DNA of 64,000 nucleotides, taken from contig CAIWKX010000121.1 in the NCBI GenBank assembly GCA_903913315.1, positions 11,001 through 75,000 on the forward strand, read 5' to 3'. The notes under the pieces are model-generated. The model was not told the origin of the DNA. It did no database searches and saw only the letters and a program-made list of their open reading frames with translations. Positions 57,593 to 64,000 of the stretch are shown one piece after another; the stretch's first letter is position 1, and each line of letters begins with the position of its first letter. Made by a program: the position numbers and the translations under genes. The DNA is from an uncultured Bacteroidota bacterium (lineage in GTDB: Bacteria; Bacteroidota; Bacteroidia; Flavobacteriales; Flavobacteriaceae).

Positions 57593-58678
57593 TTACTGAA
57601 TACTAATTTTAGCTCCGTTATACAATTTACCATCTGCGGAAACTATGTATTGTTCGTTTGCCGATAATCCTGATAAAACTTCTACTTGATTGCCGAAAGT
57701 TTTTCCAATACGCAACCACCTTAAAATAGCTATATTTTTATTTCCTATAGTGTAAATACCTGTAAGTTGTCCTTGTTGTACTAAAGCACTTTGTGGTACT
57801 ACTACTTTGCCCATTTGTGATTTTTTTATTTGTGGTTTGTTGGCAGCTGGAAATTGAACATTCACAAACATTCCTGATAGTACTTTGCTTCCTGTGTTAT
57901 TCAAATTGACTTTTACTAAATATTGTCCGCCAGTGTTTTTAGCCGAACCACTAACTTCTACTACTTTCCCTGCTAACTGTTGATTGGTTGATTTCACTAG
58001 CACCTTCACATTGATTCCATTTTTGATTGAAGTTATGTCACTTTCAGACACCATTGTGGTTACTTGCATATGACTCGCACCTTCAATACTAACTAAAGGC
58101 ATTCCTGGGTTTGCCATATCTCCTTCTTTTACAAAAGTGTTAGTCACTTCTCCCGAGAATGGTGCGGTAATATTAGAATACGAAAACTGGGCCATCACTT
58201 CGTTACGCATTTGTTTAGCCCCTTCCAAACCTGCTTTAGCCATTTCGTAACGTGAAGTCATATCATCTAATTCTTTTTGAGAAGCACTTTGTTGTGCAAA
58301 CAAAGCAACAAAACGATCATAATCTTTTTTTGCATTATTATAACCGGCGGTTGCTTGCAAAATAGACGCTTCTACTTGTGCTTTTTTTGCTTGCAAATCA
58401 GTACTGTTGACACTGACTAATAATTGTCCTGCACTTACTTTTTGTCCTACTTTTACGTGAACTTTGGTCACATATCCCATCATTCGAGTGGAGACATTCG
58501 CACTGTTTTCTGCTTCTATTTTTCCGCTCGCTGTTATAGTAGAATTATTAGTATCACCTGTAATACCACTTACTTTTACAGGAATTGCAGGTTCATTATT
58601 TATTACTTCTTTTTTGTTTTTTCCACAGGAAATGAATAATACTGCTGAAAGCATTAGGATTGCTATTGTTTTTTTCAT
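57593..58678 (-). CDS. Efflux RND periplasmic adaptor (membrane fusion protein)
   Basis: Lipoprotein-type signal (LFISCG), a coiled-coil hairpin region and beta-barrel/lipoyl-like segments. Confidence 0.85.
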   Translation of the reverse strand: MKKTIAILMLSAVLFISCGKNKKEVINNEPAIPVKVSGITGDTNNSTITASGKIEAENSANVSTRMMGYVTKVHVKVGQKVSAGQLLVSVNSTDLQAKKAQVEASILQATAGYNNAKKDYDRFVALFAQQSASQKELDDMTSRYEMAKAGLEGAKQMRNEVMAQFSYSNITAPFSGEVTNTFVKEGDMANPGMPLVSIEGASHMQVTTMVSESDITSIKNGINVKVLVKSTNQQLAGKVVEVSGSAKNTGGQYLVKVNLNNTGSKVLSGMFVNVQFPAANKPQIKKSQMGKVVVPQSALVQQGQLTGIYTIGNKNIAILRWLRIGKTFGNQVEVLSGLSANEQYIVSADGKLYNGAKISIQ

Positions 58679-58694
58679 GATTTATTTATTTTTT

Positions 58695-58759
58695 GGAACA
58701 CAGATGAAAGAAATTATAATAATTTTAAAAATCTCTCTTATTTCTTAAGTCTGTGTTCC
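58695..58759 (-). other. 10-bp perfect inverted repeat GGAACACAGA / TCTGTGTTCC between tolC and the adaptor gene
   Basis: Arms at 58695..58704 and 58750..58759 with a 45-nt AT-rich spacer. The element ends 16 nt upstream of the adaptor ATG. Confidence 0.6.
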
Positions 58760-58792
58760 CTTTTTGATGTTTTAATATGTATTGTTAAATGA

Positions 58793-60106
58793 TTATTTAG
58801 TTAAAAACTGTAAATACTGTTTAGTGAAATTATATTCAAAAACTGATTGTAAATGCTCTAGTTCTTTTTGAATCATTTGGGTCTCCGATTGCAATAAGTC
58901 TGTGGTTTTTTCCAATCCTTGTGTGAAACGGTTTTGACGGATTCTATACGCTTCTTGCGATTGTTCGAAAGCTAATTTGGATAAACTAACTTTGTTTTCG
59001 GCGTCTTTTAATTGTCGATTTATTTTGTTCAACTCTAATTGACTTTGTTTTTTGTATTGGTCAGTTTCTGCTTCAGCTTTCTGAAAATCGGCTTTTGATT
59101 TGTTATATTTCCCAATGGATTTGTAACCATCAAAAACATTCCAAGATAATTGGGCTCCTACTAAATAGCCTTTGGCTGAAGTACCCATGAAGTTCTTATC
59201 ATACATTTCATAACTTCCAAATGCATTTAATCGTGGTAAGAAATTCATTTTACTTGAAAGCATCATCTTCTGATAGGCATTAGTCGATTTAGTCATCGCC
59301 TGAATGTCTTTTCTGTTCTCTGATACTGTTGTATTGATAGCTTCTACTGCAATGGTGCTTTCTAAAGCTTCTGCAGGTTTATAGATTTTACCTTTGGTAT
59401 CTTCATTCAATAGAAAAGCTAAATAATCAGATGCATTTTGAATATTACTTTTAGCAAATTGCAATTGATTGGTGATTTCATTTATCCGAACCTGAACGTT
59501 TAGAAAATCGGTTTTTTGCAATAAACCTTGTTTGAAGTAATTTTCGACTAACTTAAAATTTGCTTTTCCTGTCATATCTGCTTTTTCTAAAACAGTTACA
59601 GCACGATATGCCAATTGCAATTGCATATAGGCTTTAGAAACCTCTAATTCTAAATACTCTTTAGTACGATCTGTTTGCAATTGGTATGCATCCATTTTAG
59701 CTCTTGCCGCTTGTCTGCCATAAATGCCATCGACATTGATTAATGGTTGCTGGATTTCTACTTTAGTAGCAAAATTTTGCGTTCGCACAGGGTTGTTCAA
59801 TAAATCGGGGTTGAAATCCATTGCGGTTAAAATGGCCTGATTTAATTTAGAACCAAAAGCCATCAACGGATTAGTGGTAACCATCCCGGTATGTGACACA
59901 TTGATGTTGGGCAAAAAAAGGGAGTTGGATTGTTCATAATCAGCTTGAGCTGATGCATAGGTTTTCTCGGCAATTTTAAGTTGTAGATTTTTATCTGCTA
60001 CTTTTTGCAGTAAGTCCTTTTTAGAAATAGACAAGGTATCTTGACTAAAACCAAAAACGGAACTTAAAACTGTTCCTGTAAAAATGAGATATTTTATTTT
60101 CTTCAT
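58793..60106 (-). CDS. TolC-family outer-membrane efflux protein
   Basis: Signal peptide, two-fold repeat of long helical segments, 437 aa. First gene of the pump operon. Confidence 0.85.
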   Translation of the reverse strand: MKKIKYLIFTGTVLSSVFGFSQDTLSISKKDLLQKVADKNLQLKIAEKTYASAQADYEQSNSLFLPNINVSHTGMVTTNPLMAFGSKLNQAILTAMDFNPDLLNNPVRTQNFATKVEIQQPLINVDGIYGRQAARAKMDAYQLQTDRTKEYLELEVSKAYMQLQLAYRAVTVLEKADMTGKANFKLVENYFKQGLLQKTDFLNVQVRINEITNQLQFAKSNIQNASDYLAFLLNEDTKGKIYKPAEALESTIAVEAINTTVSENRKDIQAMTKSTNAYQKMMLSSKMNFLPRLNAFGSYEMYDKNFMGTSAKGYLVGAQLSWNVFDGYKSIGKYNKSKADFQKAEAETDQYKKQSQLELNKINRQLKDAENKVSLSKLAFEQSQEAYRIRQNRFTQGLEKTTDLLQSETQMIQKELEHLQSVFEYNFTKQYLQFLTK

Positions 60107-60129
60107 AATTTTTTATCTGAATTATGAAG

Positions 60130-60137
60130 CAAAAATA
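60130..60137 (-). promoter_or_regulatory. Candidate -7 box (TATTTTTG on the minus strand) for the tolC-MFP-RND operon
   Basis: Matches TAnnTTTG 24 nt upstream of ATG 60106. Confidence 0.4.
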
Positions 60138-60319
60138 GAAGGGTAAAAATGGCTCTACAGTCACAAATGTTACAGAGGTCTATTTTTAATACTTTTAGTT
60201 ACTAAAATCAAAAAATCATCAGTAAGTAGTTTTGATTTACTTGTTAGACTAGATGTACTAAAATGATAATTAGTCTTATACCAAAACCAAGTAGCTACGG
60301 TTTTGATTTACGAAGTCTT

Positions 60320-60772
60320 TTATAATAAGTAAGGAAAAAATTTATTCGTTTTTGATTTGTAGGATTGGTATTCTGGAAATTTATTTTGCAATTGTTTCTC
60401 TTCGTATTGCGTTTTGAAATGAAATAAAATAAAAAGGAGTGTTGCAATTATTATTTTATACCCTGAATCTTTAGATACACCATATCCAAAAAAGATTAAT
60501 ATCAATCCAGAATATATAGGATGGCGTATTACTTTATATAATCCATTTTGTAATAAAACAGAATGTGTTTTAGGGGTCGGAAATGGTGAAAGATTTTTAT
60601 TTAATTGCAAAATGGCGATTATGACAATCAATAAACCTATAGTAGCAATCATTAAACTAACCATTTTTAATATATGAGAAACTCCTAAAGACCAATCTAA
60701 ATCTATTGTATATAGAATAAACAATAGAAATTGAGTACTAACCAATAACACATCTTTAGGATGAATTCTCAT
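60320..60772 (-). CDS. Membrane methyltransferase of the isoprenylcysteine carboxyl methyltransferase (ICMT/PEMT) family
   Basis: Four or five TM segments and the RHPIYSGLIL motif. 4-bp overlap with the upstream methyltransferase gene. Confidence 0.7.
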   Translation of the reverse strand: MRIHPKDVLLVSTQFLLFILYTIDLDWSLGVSHILKMVSLMIATIGLLIVIIAILQLNKNLSPFPTPKTHSVLLQNGLYKVIRHPIYSGLILIFFGYGVSKDSGYKIIIATLLFILFHFKTQYEEKQLQNKFPEYQSYKSKTNKFFPYLL

Positions 60773-61368
60773 ATTTTTTTTGTTCCTATAAATCGAACAA
60801 CAGAGCCTTTTCCTTGATGGTAAGGACCTTCATCTAAATCAACAATAGTGGTAGTAATAAATTTAAAGTCAATGGTTGGAAATTCATTTCGAATATCTTC
60901 CTCTGAAAATAACATTTCTAATTGTTTTGGTCCTCCAGAGTTGAATCCCAATTGCTTCTTACTAAAAGCTTCAAAAATAATTACACCATTTGGCTTTAAT
61001 AAAGTTGCTAGTATAGCATGAAATTCTTTTCTCAAAGTATAAGGCACATGAGCAAAAATTAAAACCAAACCCTCAAAACTATTTTTATCATAGTGCAATG
61101 TTTCTACTGTACCCACTTGATAATCAATAATAGTATTATTTTTTATTGCTAATTTTTGGGCTTTTATTTTTCCTTCTTCGCTACTATCAAAAGCTGCAAC
61201 TTCATATCCTAATTGTGCTAAAAAAACTGAATTTCGACCTTCTCCATCAGCAGGAAAAAGCACTTTTCCTTTTGGTATTTTGGTATAATTTTCTTTTAAA
61301 AAATCGTTGGGTTTTTGCCTATAAGCATATTCTATTTCCGAATATATTTGGTTCCAGAATTCCTTCAT
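60769..61368 (-). CDS. Class I SAM-dependent methyltransferase (TehB/TPMT-like)
   Basis: Motif I VLFPADGEGRNSVFLA, an acidic loop AAFDSS, and post-I/II motifs. 199 aa. Confidence 0.75.
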   Translation of the reverse strand: MKEFWNQIYSEIEYAYRQKPNDFLKENYTKIPKGKVLFPADGEGRNSVFLAQLGYEVAAFDSSEEGKIKAQKLAIKNNTIIDYQVGTVETLHYDKNSFEGLVLIFAHVPYTLRKEFHAILATLLKPNGVIIFEAFSKKQLGFNSGGPKQLEMLFSEEDIRNEFPTIDFKFITTTIVDLDEGPYHQGKGSVVRFIGTKKI

Positions 61369-61435
61369 ATATAATGCTAATTTAATTTAGCAAATTTGAG
61401 CTATTTTAATAAATAGTTTTGCTACAAAAGTTACA

Positions 61436-62065
61436 TTAAATTACTATTTCAACTGAAGCTCTATGTAATTTAATTCGCCCTTGTCTTTCCAGTGCTTTTA
61501 ATAATCTAGAAATAACTACTCTTGAAGTATTAAGATCGTATGCTATTTCTTGGTGGGTATTAAAAATTTCTCTTGAATTATTGATTTTAGATTTATCAAA
61601 AAGGTAGTTTAGTACTCGTTCTTCCATATTCATAAACGCTAAACTATCAATAGCCGAAAGCATTTCTTTTAGTCTGTTGTTATAACTATTAAATACATAA
61701 TTCCTCCAACTTTTGTATTTACCTAACCATTCTTCCATTTTGAAAACAGGAATCATTATAACCTGTCCATCTGTTTCCGCTACAGCTCGTATTTCGCTTT
61801 TGGTTTCTCCCATGCAACATGCCATTGTCATCGCACAAGTATCTCCTTTTTCAATAAAATATAATAAAAGTTCTCCTTCATCAAAATCTTCTCTTAATAT
61901 TTTTATAGCGCCTTCAATAAGTAAAGGCATTTTTTTTATGTAGTCACCAAAGTCAATTAAAATATCATCTTCTTTAAAATCACGTAGTAGTGATACATTG
62001 GCAATCTCCTCAATTAAAGGTTCTTCAAAAATATGACTATAAGCTTGTATAATAATTTCTTTCAT
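61436..62065 (-). CDS. Crp/Fnr-family transcriptional regulator
   Basis: Effector (cNMP-like) beta-roll and a C-terminal HTH (SRVVISRLLKALERQGRI). Start moved to ATG 62065 (MKEIIIQAY...). Cys cluster CAMTMACCMG. Confidence 0.8.
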   Translation of the reverse strand: MKEIIIQAYSHIFEEPLIEEIANVSLLRDFKEDDILIDFGDYIKKMPLLIEGAIKILREDFDEGELLLYFIEKGDTCAMTMACCMGETKSEIRAVAETDGQVIMIPVFKMEEWLGKYKSWRNYVFNSYNNRLKEMLSAIDSLAFMNMEERVLNYLFDKSKINNSREIFNTHQEIAYDLNTSRVVISRLLKALERQGRIKLHRASVEIVI

Positions 62066-62277
62066 TTTTTGTTGTTGTTGGTGGATATATAATACATCAG
62101 TAACTGAAGTCAATTGATTGAAATAATCTATTATAGCAAATATAATTATTATTATTTCAGAAATCAGAGAAAGTCAAAATTACGATAAAAGTGTACATCA
62201 ACTTACCTTGAAAAGGCATTTGTATTGAAAATGATAAATTGCCTTATTTTTGTAAAATTAAAAGACAAAATTGATAA

Positions 62278-62310
62278 ATAAAAAACCGTCTCTATTTTTT
62301 GAGACGGTTT
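62278..62310 (-). terminator. Rho-independent terminator of the DUF465 gene
   Basis: AAACCGTCTC / GAGACGGTTT arms, followed by a T-run on the minus strand. Confidence 0.75.
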
Positions 62311-62327
62311 CTTCCTTACTATAAAAA

Positions 62328-62558
62328 CTACCTATTCAAATAAGCATAAATCTCATCTTTTAAATGCAGTAATTTAGTTTTTAATTCATGAGCGAATTCA
62401 TCTATAACAACTTCTTCACCCGAATTTATTCGGTACACTTGATTTTCAACGCTATGGTATTCATCAAATAATGCACTAAAATGGGTGTCATCAATTTTAA
62501 GTTGATGTATTTTTTCCTGATATTGAGGAAACTCGTGGAGTAAATCGTGTCTTTCCAT
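62328..62558 (-). CDS. DUF465 (YdcH-like) small protein
   Basis: 76 aa. HDLLHEFPQYQEKIHQLKIDDTHFSALFDEYH fits the DUF465 pattern. Confidence 0.7.
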   Translation of the reverse strand: MERHDLLHEFPQYQEKIHQLKIDDTHFSALFDEYHSVENQVYRINSGEEVVIDEFAHELKTKLLHLKDEIYAYLNR

Positions 62559-62588
62559 GATAAAATAAGTATTTGGTTAATTAATATA

Positions 62589-63290
62589 TTAATGACAGCT
62601 GGCAGTAGCTTTTACAACTAAACTCATTGTACTAGGGGACAAATAAGGGATGCTTAACCCTAGTCCTCGAATAATAAAAAGTGCGCCAATAAAAATTGTG
62701 ACAACTGGAATTATTTTTTGCAATTGGCTTCGCAAGGGAAGCGATAAAAAATGGGAAACATAAACAACGGCAGTCATCATCGGAATCGTACCCAATCCGT
62801 AGAGTAACATATACGTCACACTCATCGTTACGTTTTGCATCGCGATGGCGCCAAACAAGGCGGCATACACTAAACCACAAGGCAAAAATCCGTTAAGTAG
62901 CCCTATCGCAAATAAAGCATCTGGAGATTTACGTTTGAATTGCTGCCCTAAACTGCTTTTCACTTTGGAAACAATTCTGTAAACAGGTTTCGAAAAATTA
63001 TATTTCATAAACACTTTATCGGGAACAAGCGCGATAGTAATCATTAGAATTCCAACCGTGATAGAAAGTTGCTGCTGAATGCCTGCCATAAAAAAGCCTT
63101 TTCCTAAAATGCCAAAAAGAAACCCTAAAGTAGCATAAGCAAACAATCTTCCAAAATGATAAATCAGAATCTGTAGCACTTTTTTGGCAGGATGATGATG
63201 ATCTACCGGTAACATCACGGCAATGGGTCCACACATACCAATACAGTGTAAACTACTAATTAAGCCAAAAAGTAAAGCAGAATAAAGCAT
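62589..63290 (-). CDS. TauE/SafE- or DsbD_2-like membrane protein of the cbb3 oxidase maturation cluster
   Basis: N-terminal SLHCIGMCGPIA motif and six or seven TM segments. It follows fixH. Confidence 0.65.
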   Translation of the reverse strand: MLYSALLFGLISSLHCIGMCGPIAVMLPVDHHHPAKKVLQILIYHFGRLFAYATLGFLFGILGKGFFMAGIQQQLSITVGILMITIALVPDKVFMKYNFSKPVYRIVSKVKSSLGQQFKRKSPDALFAIGLLNGFLPCGLVYAALFGAIAMQNVTMSVTYMLLYGLGTIPMMTAVVYVSHFLSLPLRSQLQKIIPVVTIFIGALFIIRGLGLSIPYLSPSTMSLVVKATASCH

Positions 63291-63355
63291 GATTTAGTTG
63301 CTATTTAGGAAAGCTATTCTAATATTTTAACTTCAATTAAAAAGTGCTATCAAAA

Positions 63356-63811
63356 TCATTGTTTAATATAAAGTTCCTCTTTGTTAAGGTATTTTTTGTC
63401 TCGATATGTCCAATCAATGTTAATGTCCCAACGACCGCCAACCAGATTACTATTAGGTATGAGCAAATGTGGACTAGTTAATGAAATAGGAATTTCAAAA
63501 TCTAGCTTCTGGTTGGACGGTCTGTATAAGGACACTTTTCCTTGTATGGTTTTATAATCAAAATCAGCAGGGAAATCAATACTGATTCCCTCAGCTACCA
63601 ATTTTACAATAACTTTATCATTCTTTAAATCGTAAGCATTTTGCTCTTTATCCAAATCTTGTTGTGCCAGCAATTCCTTTTTATAATATTCGTTTAAGAC
63701 CAGTTCATTATCAAACTTATGATCCGTAACAATACGGAATACAAAGAATAAAATAAAACTCAAAAAAAGAGCAAATGCAATCACTATTCCTGTTCCCCAA
63801 TTAATTTTCAT
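63356..63811 (-). CDS. FixH-family protein
   Basis: 151 aa. N-terminal MKINWGTGIVIAFALF TM anchor followed by a beta-rich periplasmic domain. Position fits a ccoG-fixH cluster. Confidence 0.7.
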   Translation of the reverse strand: MKINWGTGIVIAFALFLSFILFFVFRIVTDHKFDNELVLNEYYKKELLAQQDLDKEQNAYDLKNDKVIVKLVAEGISIDFPADFDYKTIQGKVSLYRPSNQKLDFEIPISLTSPHLLIPNSNLVGGRWDINIDWTYRDKKYLNKEELYIKQ

Positions 63812-63822
63812 AGTATTTTTTT

Positions 63823-64000
63823 TTAATTAAAACTTCTAGGTCCAATAAAGTTCGTGGTTTCTGTATCAAGTAAATCGTTACCATTATAAGCCTCAATCTT
63901 CAAATTAGTTTTATCTCCTTCCAAATAAGAAGGATTGATTTCTATAAATAATGTCCCTTCGGTCAACTCTTGTTTTTTAACTACAAAATGATCATTACCC
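63823..64000 (-). CDS. ccoG: C-terminal end of a probable CcoG/FixG cytochrome oxidase accessory protein (partial)
   Basis: My translation gives ...GNDHFVVKKQELTEGTLFIEINPSYLEGDKTNLKIEAYNGNDLLDTETTNFIGPRSFN with a stop at 63825..63823. It stays open to the window edge. Assigned by synteny with fixH. Confidence 0.45.
   Translation of the reverse strand, partial: GNDHFVVKKQELTEGTLFIEINPSYLEGDKTNLKIEAYNGNDLLDTETTNFIGPRSFN

Noticed and set aside
62632-63234. 82-aa and 72-aa minus-strand ORFs within the TauE/DsbD_2-like gene
   Set aside because: They are alternative frames of the same strand inside a membrane-protein gene with a conserved HCIGMCGP motif. Their Arg/Cys-rich translations look non-biological.
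1-64000. tRNA, rRNA, transposase, integrase, phage or cas genes
   Set aside because: Scanning the intergenic regions and all ORF translations, I found no tRNA-like GC-rich cloverleaf segments (for example GGTTCGAATCC-type T-arms), no rRNA-like sequence and no recognisable mobility or defence protein motifs.

Overview
AT-rich chromosomal window that looks like a Flavobacteriia (Bacteroidota) genome. Support: five proteins end in T9SS (Por) C-terminal sorting domains, TAnnTTTG -7 promoter boxes are present, Shine-Dalgarno signals are absent, and the gene neighbourhoods are typical (ftsK-lolA-lptFG-ribBA, purL, glmM, uvrA, hemN, cbb3-oxidase maturation genes). I count about 60 protein-coding genes and see no rRNA, tRNA, CRISPR, transposase or integrase. 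Four accessory blocks interrupt the housekeeping backbone. (A) 1-6654 is an eight-gene minus-strand operon. It is headed by an ECF sigma factor, a ~95-aa single-TM protein and a membrane-anchored Spy/CpxP/CnrX-like protein. These are followed by MbnP, a T9SS-tagged multicopper oxidase, a thioredoxin-fold protein, an MbnH/MauG-like di-haem peroxidase and a YHYH protein. (B) 43457-51714 has a paralogous sigma/anti-sigma/sensor cassette followed by two tandem T9SS-tagged metallophosphoesterases, a second YHYH protein, a DUF1566 protein and a HupE/UreJ permease. This is my best candidate for an undescribed metal-responsive secreted system. (C) 9726-14820 holds hypothetical genes, a ten-unit exactly phased 21-bp array, a His-rich secreted mini-protein and an arsR-DUF6428-arsC-acr3 operon. 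(D) 52073-62065 holds an SQR-like oxidoreductase, thioredoxin, DUF2892, a TolC-MFP-RND pump with a small rider gene, two overlapping methyltransferases and a Crp/Fnr regulator. All family calls rest on motifs I read in the translations and on recalled family knowledge; no database search was possible.
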